Positions 18,526 through 37,879 are shown, numbered from the stretch's first letter. The stretch: 64,000 nucleotides of DNA from the human T2T-CHM13v2.0 reference genome, Homo sapiens (GCF_009914755.1 NC_060948.1), one strand, 5' to 3'. The notes: a model not told the origin generated them from the letters alone. Made by a program: numbers and translations.

Positions 18526-20630
18526 AGATCCATATTTTTTAAATGAAAAAAAATTTCAAAGGTACTCTGCTTGGTACAATAATCAAATGTATAAACTGAG
18601 GAATAAAACATAACCATGAAACCTACTTATAACTGCATATGGAAAATACAGAGGATAATTTTTTAAATAACATATTTTGAAAGCGTTAACTAGTAATTTG
18701 CAGAGTTGGCATTTGAAAGGCCAGTATGAATATACCTTCAAAGCAGCAACACAGGTTCCCCATGAGAAAAAGCAAACTCAGGGAAAATAAAACCACAAAG
18801 GTTCAATCTCTTCTGACCTTTGAAAGACACAGCACAGACAGTGGTCCTTAGGACGAAGAGCAGGAGACCCCTAATTCCGTCACCATGGCGATAGGGCATA
18901 AACATTGCTGGGTGAGGGCACAATCCACATTGTGAGGTCCAACTGCTGCCAGGAAGACAGGAGTGCTTTTACATAGACCGAAAGGTCATTGAAGGCTCAG
19001 AGTTTTGTTTCAAGAACTGAATCCCAAGCCCACACATTATTAGGCTGCGCTTCTTAAAACAAGTTATGAGATGGGAAAAAGGGCACCTACAAACATACGA
19101 ATACATTATGTATATAATAATATACAGTATCATATATATAATATATATAACCCATGTATAATATTGTTTTACATCCTGCATCTTATATTATATATATTGT
19201 ATAAAATATAATAATTGATAATATATAAATTTTATATTTATACAATATGACATATAGTATATATTATAATTTATTACATATATAATATATGTAATATATC
19301 ATATATAGAATATATTATACGGTTAATATACGTATTAAATATAAATTATACATTATATATATTATATATAATATATCTGCTATATATAATACCCATTTTG
19401 CATAATATATATATTATGTCTATGTTATATATAGTATAAAACAACATATAATAATATATAATTGTATATATAAAACGCGACATATAATATATATTATATT
19501 TTATGACAGATGTAATATATATTATATATTATATATAATACGTTGTATGTATAATACCTATATTAAATATAAATTATATGACTATGTTATTAATTACATG
19601 TCACATATGTTATATATTATATATTTTACATAGAATATACCGGTTACATACAATATATACTATGTTACCTACAATGTATAATTTATTACATGTAAAATAA
19701 AGAATGCAGTATATTATGTATAATTTATAATATACAATATGTGGAATGTGATATATATAACATATAATATATGATATATGATATACAGTATATGATATAT
19801 AACATACAATATATGATTCCTAATATATATGGTATACAATATATATTTTATGATATGTATTCTATATGTTTTATATTCTGTTATATATAACTATTTGAAA
19901 TTATATATAACTGTATAATATTTTATGTAAATATGTAATATAACATATATAACTATATAATATAGTATATATAACTATATATTATGTTATATATACTTTT
20001 ATAACATAATTTACATAAAATATCATAATATAATGTATTATATATTATTTCATATTACATAATATATATTACATAGTACCCAATATAAGTAACATACATA
20101 ATATTATAATATAGATTATATTATGTTATATTAAATATCATATATATCATGTATCATATATTCTATAATATATATTACACATTATATAATATGTATGTTG
20201 TCTATTATGTGATATATATAACTATATATATAATTATCTTATTTTACATATAACTAGATAAACATGTAATTCTACATATTTTCATTTATAATATATAGAA
20301 TTATATAATCATATATAATTATTTATATTCTATAAAAAATTATGTCATTATATAAATTATAATATATAAAAATTATAATATGTACTACAAATATATATAT
20401 TATATATCATATATGATATAGTACCTTTGTTATATATCATAATACATATAAATGTGTATTATGTTATCTATAATTATATAATTTCATATATAAGTTGTAT
20501 AATATGTATCATACATTATATAAGTTATGTAATATATATAGTATATATAAGATGACACAGGATAAATATTATAAACTATGACATATAAAATATATGAGGT
20601 TATATGTTACATATAAGGCATAGCACATAA

Positions 20631-20945
<315 letters not shown>

Positions 20946-23051
20946 AGATCCATAATTTTTAAATGAAAAAAAATTTCAAAGGTACTCTGCTTGGTACAAT
21001 AATCAAATGTATAAACTGAGGAATAAAACATAACCATGAAACCTACTTATAACTGCATATGGAAAATACAGAGGATAATATTTTAAATAACATATATTGA
21101 AAGCCTTAACTAGTAATTTGAAGAGTTGGCATTTGAAAGGCCAGTATGAATATACCTTCCAAGCAGCAACACAGGTTCCCCATGAGAAAAAGCAAACTCA
21201 GGGAAAATAAAACCACAAAGGTTCAATCTCTTCTGACCTTTGAAAGACACAGCACAGACAGTGGTCCTTAGGACGAAGAGCAGGAGACCCCTAATTCCGT
21301 CACCATGGCGATAGGGCATAAACATTGCTGGGTGAGGGCACAATCCACATTGTGAGGTCCAACTGCTGCCAGGAAGACAGGAGTGCTTTTACATAGACCG
21401 AAAGGTCATTGAAGGCTCAGAGTTTTGTTTCAAGAACTGAATCCCAAGCCCACACGTTATTAGGCTGCGCTTCTTAAAACAAGTTATGAGATGGGAAAAA
21501 GGGCACCCACAAACATACGTATACATTATGTATATAATAATATACAGTATCATATATATAATATATATAACCTATGTATAATATTGTTTTACATCCTGCA
21601 TCTTATGTTATATATATTGTATAAAATATAATAATTGATAATATATATAATTTTATATTTATACAATATGACATATAGTATATATTATAATTTATGACAT
21701 ATATAATATATGTTATATATCATATATAGAATATATTATACGGTTAATATACGTATTAAATATAAATTATACATTATATATATTATATATAATATATCTG
21801 TTATATATAATACGCATTATGCATAATATATATATTATGTCTATGTTATATATAGTATAAAACAACATATAATAATATATAATTGTATATATAAAATGCG
21901 ACATATAATATATATTATATTTTATAACATGCGTAATATATATTATATATTATATATAATACGTTGTATGTATAATACCTATATTAAATATATATTATAT
22001 GACTATGTTATTAATTACATGTCACATGTGTTATATATTATATATTTTACATAGAATATACCGGTTACATACAATATATACTATGTTACCTATAATGTAT
22101 AATTTATTACATTTAAAATAAAGAATGCAATATATTATGTATAATTTATAATATACAATATGTGGAATGTGATATATATAACATATGATATATGATATAT
22201 GATATACAGTATATGATATATAACATACAATATATGATTCCTAATATATATGGTATACAATATATATTTTATGATATATATTCTATATGTTTTATATTCT
22301 GTTATATGTAACTATTTGAAATTATATATAACTGTATAATATTTTATGTAAATATGTAATATAATATATATAACTATATAATATATTATATATAACTATA
22401 TATTATGTTATATATACTTTTATAACATAATTTACATAAAATATCATAATATAATATATATTATATTATTTCATATTACATAATATATATTACATATCAC
22501 CCAATATAAGTAAGATACATAATATTATAATATAGATTATATTATGTTATATTAAATATCATATATATCATGTATCATATATTCTATAATATACATTATA
22601 CATTATATAATATGTATGTTGTCTATTATGTGATATATATAACTATATATATAATTATATTATTATACATATAACTAGATAAACATGTAATTCTACACAT
22701 TTACATTTATAATATATAGAATTATATAATCATATATAATTATTTATATTCTATAAAAAATTATATCATTATATAAATTATAATATATAAAAATTATAAT
22801 ATGTACTACAAATATATATATTATATATCATATATGATATAGTACCTTTGTTATATATTATAATACATATAAATGTGTATTATATTATCTATAATTATAT
22901 AATTTCATATATAAGGTGTATAATATGTATCATATATTATATATGTTATGTAATATATATAGTATATATAAGATGACACAGGATAAATATTATATACTAT
23001 GACATATAAAATATATGAGGTTATATGTTTCATATAAGGCATAGCACATAA

Positions 23052-23366
<315 letters not shown>

Positions 23367-25492
23367 AGATCCATATTTTTTAAATGAAAAAAAATTTCAA
23401 AGGTACTCTGCTTGGTACAATAATCAAATGTATAAACTGAGGAATAAAACATACCCATGAAACCTACTTATAACTGCATATGGAAAATACAGAGGATAAT
23501 TTTTTAAATAACATATTTTGAAAGCCTTAACTAGTAATTTGAAGAGTTGGCATTTGAAAGGCCAGTATGAATATACCTTCAATGCAGCAACACAGGTTCC
23601 CCATGAGAAAAAGCAAACACAGGGAAAATAAAAACTCAAAGGTTCAATCTCTTCTGACCTTTGAAAGACACAGCACAGACAGTGGTCCTTAGGACGAAGA
23701 GCAGGAGACCCCTAATTCCGTCACCATGGCGATAGTGCATAAACATTGCTGGGTGAGGGCACAATCCACATTGTGAGGTCCAACTGCTGCCAGGAAGACA
23801 GGAGTGTTTTTACATAGACCGAAAGGTCATTGAAGGCTCAGAGTTTTGTTTCAAGAACTGAATCCCAAGCCCACACGTTATTAGGCTGCGCTTCTTAAAA
23901 CAAGTTATGAGATGGGAAAAAGGGCACCCACAAACATACGTATACATTATGTATATAATAATATAGAGTGTCATATATATAATATATATAACCTATGTAT
24001 AATATTGTTTTACATCCTGCATCTTATGTTATATATATTGTATAAAATATAATAATTGATAATATATGTTTTATAATTATACAATATGACATATAGTATA
24101 TATTATAATTTATGACATATATAATATATGTTATATATCATATACAGAATATATTATACGGTTAATATACGTATTAAATATAAATTATACATTATATATA
24201 TTATATATAATATATCTGTTATATATAATACCCATTATGCATAATATATATATTATGTTTATGTTATATATAGTATAAAACAACATATAATAATATATAA
24301 TTGTATATATAAAGTGCGACATATAATATATATTATATTTTATAACATATGTAATATATATTATATATTATATATAATACGTTGTATGTATAATACCTAT
24401 ATTAAATATATATTATATGACTATGTTATTAATTACATGTCACATGTGTTATATATTATATATTTTACATAGAATATACCGGTTACATACAATATATACT
24501 ATGTTACCTATAATGTATAATTTATTACATGTAAAATAAAGAATGCAATATATTATGTATAATTTATAATATACAATATGTGGAATGTGATATATATAAC
24601 ATATAATATATGATATATGATATACAGTATATGATATACAACATACAATATATGATTCCTAATATATATGGTATACAATATATATTTTATGATATGTATT
24701 CTATATGTTTTATATTCTGTTATATATAACTATTTGAAATTATATATAACTGTATAATATTTTATGTAAATATGTAATATAATATATATAACTATATAAT
24801 ATATTATATATAACTATATATTATGTTATATATACTTTTATAACATAATTTACATAAAATATCATAATATAATATATATTATATTATTTCATATTACATA
24901 ATATATATTACATATCACCCAATATAACTAACATACATAATATTATAATATAGATTATATTGTGTTATAATAAATATCATATATATCATGTATCATATAT
25001 TCTATAATATATATTACACATTATATAATATGTATGTTGTCTATTATGTGATATATATAACTATATATATAATTATATTTTTATACATATAACTAGATAA
25101 ACATGTAATTCTACATATTTTCATTTATAATATGTAGAATTATATAATCATATATAATTATTTATATTCTATAAAAAATTTTATCATTATATAAATTATA
25201 ATATATAAAAATTGTAATATGTACTACAAATATATATATTATATATCATATATGATATAGTACCTTTGTTATATATCATAATACATATAAATGTGTATTA
25301 TGTTATCTATAATTATATAATTTCATATATAAGATGTATAATATGTATCATGTATTATATATGTTATGTAATATATATAGTATATATAAGATGACACAGG
25401 ATAAATATTATATACTATGACATATAAAATATATGAGGTTATATGTTACATATAAGGCATAGCACATAACATGTAATATATATCATATATAA

Positions 25493-25784
25493 TTTTTTTT
25501 TAGACAGAATCTTGTCCTGTTGCACAGGGTGGGGTACAATGGCGCCATCTTTGCTCACTGCAACTTCTGCCTCATGGGTCCAAGCGATTGTCCTCCCTCA
25601 GCCTCCCAGGTAGCTGGGACTACACCACACTGGGACTACACCAGCTGCCACCATGCCTAGCTAATTTTTTGGATTTTTAGTAGTGACAGCGTTTCACTGT
25701 ATTGGCCAGGATGGTCTTGATCTCTTCACCTTGTGATCCCCTTGCCTTGGCCTCCAAATTTGCTGGGATTACAGGCCTGAGCCA
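25493..25784 (-). mobile_element. Diverged Alu (unit 11)
   Basis: Same Alu motifs as unit 1. Confidence 0.93.
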
Positions 25785-27907
25785 AGATCCATATTTTTTA
25801 AATGAAAAAAAATTTCAAAGGTACTCTGCTTGGTACAATAATCAAATGTATAAACTGAGGAATAAAACATAACCATGAAACCTACTTATAACTGCATATG
25901 GAAAATACAGAGGATAATTTTTTAAATAACATATTTTGAAAGCCTTAACTAGTAATTTGAAGAGTTGGCATTTGAAAGGCCAGTATGAATATACCTTCAA
26001 AGCAGCAACACAGGTTCCCCATGAGAAAAAGCAAACACAGGGAAAATAAAAACACAAAGGTTCAATCTCTTCTGACCTTTGAAAGACACAGCACAGACAG
26101 TGGTCCTTAGGACGAAGAGCAGGAGACCCCTAATTCCGTCACCATGGCGATAGGGCATAAACATTGCTGGGTGAGGGCACAATCCACATTGTGAGGTCCA
26201 ACTGCTGCCAGGAAGACAGGAGTGCTTTTACATAGACCGAAAGGTCATTGAAGGCTCAGAGTTTTGTTTCAAGAACTGAATCCCAAGCCCACACGTTATT
26301 AGGCTGCGCTTCTTAAAACAAGTTATGAGATGGGAAAAAGGGCACCCACAAACATACGTATACATTATGTATATAATAATATACAGTATCATATATATAA
26401 TATATATAACCTATGTATAATATTGTTTTACATCCTGCATCTTATGTTATATATATTGTATAAAATATAATAATTGATAATATATAAGTTTTATAATTAT
26501 ACAATATGACATATAGTATATATTATAATTTATGACATATATAATATATGTTATATGTCATATATAGAATATATTTTAGGGTTAATATACGTATTAAATA
26601 TAAATTATACATTATATATATTATATATATCTGTTATATATAATACCCATTATGCATAATATATATATTATGTCTATGTTATATATAGTATAAAACAACA
26701 TATAATAATATATAATTGTATATATAAAATGCGACATATAATATATATTATATTTTATAACATATGTAATATATATTATATATTATATATAATACGTTGT
26801 ATGTATAATACCTATATTAAATATATATTATATGACTATGTTATTAATTACATGTCACATGTGTTATATATTATATATTTTACATAGAATATACCGGTTA
26901 CATACAATATACACTATGTTACCTATAATGTATAATTTATTACATGTAAAATAAAGAATGCAATATATTATGTATAATTTATAATATACAATATGTGGAA
27001 TGAGATATATATAACATATAATATATGATATGTGATATACAGTATATGATATATAACATACAATATATGATTCCTAATATATATGGTATGCAATATATAT
27101 TTTATGATATGTATTCTATATGTTTTATATTCTGTTATATATAACTATTTGAAATTATATGTAACTGTATAATATTTTATGTAAATATGTAATATAATAT
27201 ATATAACTATATAATATATTATATATAACTATATATTATGTTATATATACTTTTATAACATAATTTACATAAAATATCATAACATAATATATATTATATT
27301 ATTTCATATTACATAATATATATTACATATCACCCAATATAACTAACATACATAATATTATAATATAGATTATATTATGTTATATTAAATATCATATATA
27401 TCATGTATCATATATTCTATAATATATATTACACATTACATAATATGTATGTTGTCTATTATGTGATATATATAACTCTATATATAATTATATTTTTATA
27501 CATATAACTAGATAAACATGTAATTCTACATATTTTCATTTATAATATGTAGAAGTATATAATCATATATAATTATTTATATTCTATAAAAAATTTTATC
27601 ATTATATAAATTATAATATATAAAAATTATAATATGTACTACAAATATATATATTATATATCATATATGATATAGTACCTTTGTTATATATCATAATACA
27701 TATAAATGTGTATTATGTTATCTATAATTATATAATTTCATATATAAGATGTATAATATGTATCATATATTATATATGTTATGTAATATATATAGTATAT
27801 ATAAGATGACACAGGATAAATATTATATACTATGACATATAAAATATATGAGGTTATATGTTACATATAAGGCATAGCACATAACATGTAATATATATCA
27901 TATATAA

Positions 27908-28199
27908 TTTTTTTTTAGACAGAATCTTTTCCTGTTGCACAGGGTGGGGTACAATGGCGCCATCTTTGCTCACTGCAACTTCTGCCTCACGGGTCCAAGC
28001 GATGGTCCTCCCTCAGCCTCCCAGGTAGCTGGGACTACACCACACTGGGACTACACCAGCTGCCACCATGCCTAGCTAATTTTTTGGATTTTTAGTAGTG
28101 ACAGCGTTTCACTGTATTGGCCAGGATGGTCTTGATCTCTTCACCTTGTGATCCCCTTGCCTTGGCCTCCAAATTTGCTGGGATTACAGGCCTGAGCCA
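27908..28199 (-). mobile_element. Diverged Alu (unit 12)
   Basis: Same Alu motifs as unit 1. Confidence 0.93.
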
Positions 28200-30327
28200 A
28201 GATCCATATTTTTTAAATGAAAAAAAATTTCAAAGGTACTCTGCTTGGTACAATAATCAAATGTATAAACTGAGGAATAAAACATACCCATGAAACCTAC
28301 TTATAACTGCATATGGAAAATACAGAGGATAATTTTTTAAATAACATATTTTGAAAGCCTTAACTAGTAATTTGAAGAGTTGGCATTTGAAAGGCCAGTA
28401 TGAATATACCTTCAATGCAGCAACACAGGTTCCCCATGAGAAAAAACAAACACAGGGAAAATAAAAACACAAAGGTTCAATCTCTTCTGACCTTTGAAAG
28501 ACACAGCACATACAGTGGTCCTTAGGACGAAGAGCAGGAGACCCCTAATTCCGTCACCATGGCGATAGGGCATAAACATTGCTGGGTGAGGGCACAATCC
28601 ACATTGTGAGGTCCAACTGCTGCCAGGAAGACAGGAGTGCTTTTACATAGACCGAAAGGTCATTGAAGGCTCAGAGTTTTGTTTCAAGAACTGAATCCCA
28701 AGCCCACACGTTATTAGGCTGCGCTTCTTAAAACAAGTTATGAGATGGGAAAAAGGGCACCCACAAACATACGTATACATTATGTATATAATAATATAGA
28801 GTGTCATATATATAATATATATAACCTATGTATAATATTGTTTTACATCCTGCATCTTATGCTATATATATTGTATAAAATATAATAATTGATAATATAT
28901 AAGTTTTATAATTATACAATATGACATATAGTATATATTATAATTTATGACATATATAATATATGTTATATATCATATACAGAATATATTATACGGTTAA
29001 TATACGTATTAAATATAAATTATACATTATATATATTATATATAATATATCTGTTATATATAATACCCGTTATGCATAATATATATATTATGTCTATGTT
29101 ATATATAGTATAAAACAACATATAATAATATATAATTGTATATATAAAATGCGACATATAATATATATTATATTTTATAACATATGTAATATATATTATA
29201 TATTATATATAATACGTTGTATGTATAATACCTATATTAAATATATATTATATGACTATGTTATTAATTACATGTCACATGTGTTATATATTATATATTT
29301 TACATAGAATATACCGGTTACATACAATATACACTGTGTTACCTATAATGTATAATTTATTACATGTAAAATAAAGAATGCAATATATTATGTATAATTT
29401 ATAATATACAATATGTGGAATGTGATATATATAACATATAATATATGATATATGATATACAGTATATGATATATAACATACAATATATGATTCCAAATAT
29501 ATATGGTATACAATATATATTTTATGATATGTATTCTATATGTTTTATATTCTGTTATATATAACTATTTGAAATTATATGTAACTGTATAATATTTTAT
29601 GTAAATATGTAATATAATATATATAACTATATAATATATTATATACAACTATATATTATGTTATATATACTTTTATAACATAATTTACATAAAATATCAT
29701 AACAAAATATATATTATATTATTTCATATTACATAATATATATTACATATCACCCAATATAACTAACATACATAATATTATAATATAGATTATATTATGT
29801 TATATTAAATATCATATATATCATGTATCATATATTCTATAATATATATTACACGTTATATAATATGTATGTTGTCTATTATGTGATATATATAACTCTA
29901 TATATAATTATATTTTTATACATATAACTAGATAAACATGTAATTCTACATATTTTCATTTATAATATGTAGAAGTATATAATCATATATAATTATTTAT
30001 ATTCTATAAAAAATTTTATCATTATATAAATTATAATATATAAAAATTATAATATGTACTACAAATATATATATTATATATCATATATGATATAGTACCT
30101 TTGTTATATATCATAATACATATAAATGTGTATTATGTTATCTATAATTATATAATTTCATATATAAGATGTATAATATGTATCATATATTATATATGTT
30201 ATGTAATATATATAGTATATATAAGATGACACAGGATAAATATTATATACTATGACATATAAAATATATGAGGTTATATGTTACATATAAGGCATAGCAC
30301 ATAACATGTAATATATATCATATATAA

Positions 30328-30619
30328 TTTTTTTTTAGACAGAATCTTGTCCTGTTGCACAGGGTGGGGTACAATGGCGCCATCTTTGCTCACTGCAACT
30401 TCTGCCTCACGGGTCCAAGCGATGGTCCTCCCTCAGCCTCCCAGGTAGCTGGGACTACACCACACTGGGACTACACCAGCTGCCACCATGCCTAGCTAAT
30501 TTTTTGGATTTTTAGTAGTGACAGCGTTTCACTGTATTGGCCAGGATGGTCTTGATCTCTTCACCTTGTGATCCCCTTGCCTTGGCCTCCAAATTTGCTG
30601 GGATTACAGGCCTGAGCCA
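30328..30619 (-). mobile_element. Diverged Alu (unit 13)
   Basis: Same Alu motifs as unit 1. Confidence 0.93.
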
Positions 30620-32724
30620 AGATCCATATTTTTTAAATGAAAAAAAATTTCAAAGGTACTCTGCTTGGTACAATAATCAAATGTATAAACTGAGGAATAA
30701 AACATAACCATGAAACCTACTTATAACTGCATATGGAAAATACAGAGGATAATTTTTTAAATAACATATTTTGAAAGCCTTAACTAGTAATTTGAAGAGT
30801 TGGCATTTGAAAGGCCAGTATGAATATACCTTCAAAGCAGCAACACAGGTTCCCCATGAGAAAAAGCAAACACAGGGAAAATAAAAACACAAAGGTTCAA
30901 TCTCTTCTGACCTTTGAAAGACACAGGACAGACAGTGGTCCTTAGGACGAAGAGCAGGAGACCCCTAATTCCGTCACCATGGCGATAGGGCATAAACATT
31001 GCTGGGTGAGGGCACAATCCACATTGTGAGGTCCAACTGCTGCCAGGAAGACAGGAGTGCTTTTACATAGACCGAAAGGTCATTGAAGGCTCAGAGTTTT
31101 GTTTCAAGAACTGAATCCCAAGCCCACACGTTATTAGGCTGCGCTTCTTAAAACAAGTTATGAGATGGGAAAAAGGGCACCCACAAACATACGTATACAT
31201 TATGTATATAATAATATAGAGTGTCATATATATAATATATATAACCTATGTATAATATTGTTTTACATCCTGCATCTTATGTTATATATATTGTATAAAA
31301 TATAATAATTGATAATATATAAGTTTTATAATTATACAATATGACATATAGTATATATTATAATTTATGACATATATAATATATGTTATATATCATATAC
31401 AGAATATATTATACGGTTAATATACGTATTAAATATAAATTATACATTATATATATTATATATAATATATCTGTTATAAATAATACCCGTTATGCATAAT
31501 ATATATATTATGTCTATGTTATATATAGTATAAAACAACATATAATAATATATAATTGTATATATAAAATGCGACATATAATATATATTATATTTTATAA
31601 CATATGTAATATATATTATATATTATATATAATACGTTGTATGTATAATACCTATATTAAATATATATTATATGACTATGTTATTAATTACATGTCACAT
31701 GTGTTATATATTATATATTTTACATAGAATATACCGGTTACATACAATATACACTATGTTACCTATAATGTATAATTTATTACATGTAAAATAAAGAATG
31801 CAATATATTATGTATAATTTATAATATACAATATGTGGAATGTGATATATATAACATATAATATATGATATATGATATACAGTATATGATATATAACATA
31901 CAATATATGATTCCAAATATATATGGTATACAATATATATTTTATGATATGTATTCTATATGTTTTATATTCTGTTATATATAACTATTTGAAATTATAT
32001 GTAACTGTATAATATTTTATGTAAATATGTAATATAATATATATAACTATATAATATATTATATACAACTGTATATTATGTTATATATACTTTTATAACA
32101 TAATTTACATAAAATATCATAACAAAATATATATTATATTATTTCATATTACATAATATATATTACATATCACCCAATATAACTAACATACATAATATTA
32201 TAATATAGATTATATTATGTTATATTAAATATCATATATATCATGTATCATATATTCTATAATATATATTACACGTTATATAATATGTATGTTGTCTATT
32301 ATGTGATATATATAACTCTAAATATAATTATATTTTTATACATGTAACTAGATAAACATGTAATTCTACATATTTTCATTTATAATATGTAAAATTATAT
32401 AATCATATATAATTATTTATATTCTATAAAAAATTTTATCATTATATAAATTATAATATATAAAAATTATAATATGTACTACAAATATATATATTATATA
32501 TCATATATGATATAGTATCTTTGTTATATATCATAATACATATAAATGTGTATTATGTTATCTATAATTATATAATTTCATATATAAGATGTATAATATG
32601 TATCATATATTATATATGTTATGTAATATATATAGTATATATAAGATGACACAGGATAAACATTATATACTATGACATATAAAATATATGAGGTTATATG
32701 TTACATATAAGGCATAGTACATAA

Positions 32725-33039
<315 letters not shown>

Positions 33040-35167
33040 AGATCCATATTTTTTAAATGAAAAAAAATTTCAAAGGTACTCTGCTTGGTACAATAATCAA
33101 ATGTATAAACTGAGGAATAAAACATAACCATGAAACCTCCTCATAACTGCATATGGAAAATACAGAGGATAATTTGTTAAATAACATATTTTGAAAGCCT
33201 TAACTAGTAATTTGAAGAGTTGGCATTTGAAAGGCCAGTATGAATATACCTTCAAAGCAGCAACACAGGTTCCCCATGAGAAAAAGCAAACACAGGGAAA
33301 ATAAAAACACAAAGGTTCAATCTCTTCTGACCTTTGAAAGACACAGCACAGACAGTGGTCCTTAGGACGAAGAGCAGGAGACCCCTAATTCCGTCACCAT
33401 GGCGATAGGGCATAAACATTGCTGGGTGAGGGCACAATCCACATTGTGAGGTCCAACTGCTGCCAGGAAGACAGGAGTGCTTTTACATAGACCGAAAGGT
33501 CATTGAAGGCTCAGAGTTTTGTTTCAAGAACTGAATCCCAAGCCCACACGTTATTAGGCTGTGCTTCTTAAAACAAGTTATGAGATGGGAAAAAGGGCAC
33601 CCACAAACATACGTATACATTATGTATATAATAATATAGAGTGTCATATATATAATATATATAACCTATGTATAATATTGTTTTACATCCTGCATCTTAT
33701 GTTATATATATTGTATAAAATATAATAATTGATAATATATAAGTTTTATAATTATACAATATGACATATAGTATATATTATAATTTATGACATATATAAT
33801 ATATGTTATATATAATATACAGAATATATTATACGGTTAATATACGTATTAAATATAAATTATACATTATATATATTATATATAATATATCTGTTATATA
33901 TAATACCCGTTATGCATAATATATATATTATGACTATGTTATATATAGTATAAAACAACATATAATAATATATAATTGTATGTATAAAATGCGACATATA
34001 ATATATATTATATTTTATAACATATGTAATATATATTATATATTATATATAATACGTTGTATGTATAATACCTATATTAAATATATATTATATGACTATG
34101 TTATTAATTACATGTCACATGTGTTATATATTATATATTTTACATAGAATATACCGGTTACATACAATATATACCATGTTACCTATAATGTATAATTTAT
34201 TACATGTAAAATAAAGAATGCAATATATTATGTATAATTTATAATATACAATATGTGGAATGTGATATATATAACATATAATATATGATATATGATATAC
34301 AGTATATGATATATAACATACAATATATGATTCCTAATATATATGGTATACAGTATATATTTTATGATATGTATTCTATATGTTTTATATTCTGTTATAT
34401 ATAACTATTTGAAATTATATATAACTGTATAATATTTTATGTAAATATGTAATATAATATATATAACTATATAATATATTATATATAACTATATATTATG
34501 TTATATATACTTTTATAACATAATTTACATAAAATATCATAATATAATATATATTATATTATTTCATATTACATAATATATATTACATATCACCCAATAT
34601 AACTAACATACATAATATTATAATATAGATTATATTATGTTATATTAAATATCATATATATCATGTATCATATATTCTATAATATATATTACACATTATA
34701 TAATATGTATGTTGTCTATTATGTGATATATATAACTCTATATATAATTATATTTTTATACATATAACTAGATAAACATGTAATTCTACATATTTTCATT
34801 TATAATATGTAGAAGTATATAATCATATATAATTATTTATATTCTATAAAAAATTTTATCATTATATAAATTATAATATATAAAAATTATAATATGTACT
34901 ACAAATATATATATTATATATCATATATGATATAGTACCTTTGTTATATATCATAATACATATAAATGTGTATTATGTTATCTATAATTATATAATTTCA
35001 TATATAAGGTGTATAATATGTATCATATATTATATATGTTATGTAATATATATAGTATATATAAGATGACACAGGATAAATATTATATACTATGACATAT
35101 AAAATATATGAGGTTATATGTTACATATAAGGCATAGTACATAACATGTAATATATATCATATATAA

Positions 35168-35459
35168 TTTTTTTTTAGACAGAATCTTGTCCTGTTGCAC
35201 AGGGTGGGGTACAATGGCGCCATCTTTGCTCACTGCAACTTCTGCCTCATGGGTCCAAGCGATTGTCCTCCCTCAGCCTCCCAGGTAGCTGGGACTACAC
35301 CACACTGGGACTACACCAGCTGCCACCATGCCTAGCTAATTTTTTGGATTTTTAGTAGTGACAGCGTTTCACTGTATTGGCCAGGATGGTCTTGATCTCT
35401 TCACCTTGTGATCCCCTTGCCTTGGCCTCCAAATTTGCTGGGATTACAGGCCTGAGCCA
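35168..35459 (-). mobile_element. Diverged Alu (unit 15)
   Basis: Same Alu motifs as unit 1. Confidence 0.93.
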
Positions 35460-37564
35460 AGATCCATATTTTTTAAATGAAAAAAAATTTCAAAGGTACT
35501 CTGCTTGGTACAATAATCAAATGTATAAACTGAGGAATAAAACATAACCATGAAACCTACTTATGACTGCATATGGAAAATACAGAGGATAATTTTTTAA
35601 ATAACATATTTTGAAAGCCTTAACTAGTAATTTGAAGAGTTGGCATTTGAAAGGCCAGTATGAATATACCTTCAAAGCAGCCACACAGGTTCCCCATGAG
35701 AAAAAGCAAAGTCAGGGAAAATAAAACCACAAAGGTTCAATCTCTTCTGACCTTTGAACGACACAGCACAGACAGTGGTCCTTAGGACGAAGAGCAGGAG
35801 ACCCCTAATTCCGTCACCATGGCGATAGGGCATAAACATTGCTGGGTGAGGGCACAATCCACATTGTGAGGTCCAACTGCTGCCAGGAAGACAGGAGTGC
35901 TTTTACATAGACCGAAAGGTCATTGAAGGCTCAGAGTTTTGTTTCAAGAACTGAATCCCAAGCCCACACGTTATTAGGCTGTGCTTCTTAAAACAAGTTA
36001 TGAGATGGGAAAAAGGGCACCCACAAACATACGTATACATTATGTATATAATAATATAGAGTGTCATATATATAATATATATAACCTATGTATAATATTG
36101 TTTTACATCCTGCATCTTATGTTATATATATTGTATAAAATATAGTAATTGATAATATATAAGTTTTATAATTATACAATATGACATATAGTATATATTA
36201 TAATTTATGACATATATAATATATGTTATATATCATATACAGAATATATTATACGGTTAATATACGTATTAAATATAAATTATACATTATATATATTATA
36301 TATAATATATCTGTTATATATAATACCCGTTATGCATAATATATATATTATGTCTATGTTATATATAGTATAAAACAACATATAATAATATATAATTGTA
36401 TATATAAAATGCGACATATAATATATATTATATTTTATAACATATGTAATATATATTATATATTATATATAATACGTTGTATGTATAATACCTATATTAA
36501 ATATATATTATATGACTATGTTATTAATTACATGTCACATGTGTTATATATTATATATTTTACATAGAATATACCGGTTTCATACAATATATACCATGTT
36601 ACCTATAATGTATAATTTATTACATGTAAAATAAAGAATGCAATATATTATGTATAATTTATAATATACAATATGTGGAATGTGATATATATAACATATA
36701 ATATATGATATATGATATACAGTATATGATATATAACATACAATATATGATTCCTAATATATATGGTATACAGTATATATTTTATGATATGTATTCTATA
36801 TGTTTTATATTCTGTTATATATAACTATTTGAAATTATATATAACTGTATAATATTTTATGTAAATATGTAATATAATATATATAACTATATAATATATT
36901 ATATATAACTATATATTATGTTATATATACTTTTATATCATAATTTACATAAAATATCATAATATAATATATATTATATTATTTCATATTACATAATATA
37001 TATTACATATCACCCAATATAACTAACATACATAATATTATAATATAGATTATATTGTGTTATATTAAATATCATATATATCATGTATCATATATTCTAT
37101 AATATATATTATACATTATATAATATGTATGTTGTCTATTATGTGATATATATAACTATATATATAATTATATTTTTATACATATAACTAGATAAACATG
37201 TAATTCTACATATTTTCATTTATAATATGTAGAAGTATATAATCATATATAATTATTTATATTCTATAAAAAATTTTATCATTATATAAATTATAATATA
37301 TAAAAATTATAATATGTACTACAAATATATATATTATATATCATATATGATATAGTACCTTTGTTATATATCATAATACATATAAATGTGTATTATGTTA
37401 TCTATAATTATATAATTTCATATATAAGATGTATAATATGTATCATATATTATATATGTTATGTAATATATATAGTATATATAAGATGACACAGGATAAA
37501 TATTATACACTATGAGATATAAAATATATGAGGTTATATGTTACATATAAGGCATAGCACATAA

Positions 37565-37879
<315 letters not shown>

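Noticed and set aside
23424-23639. 71-aa ORF family (MCFYFPCVCFF...) in central units
   Set aside because: It depends on one T>A subfamily allele removing a stop, and I see no coding signature.
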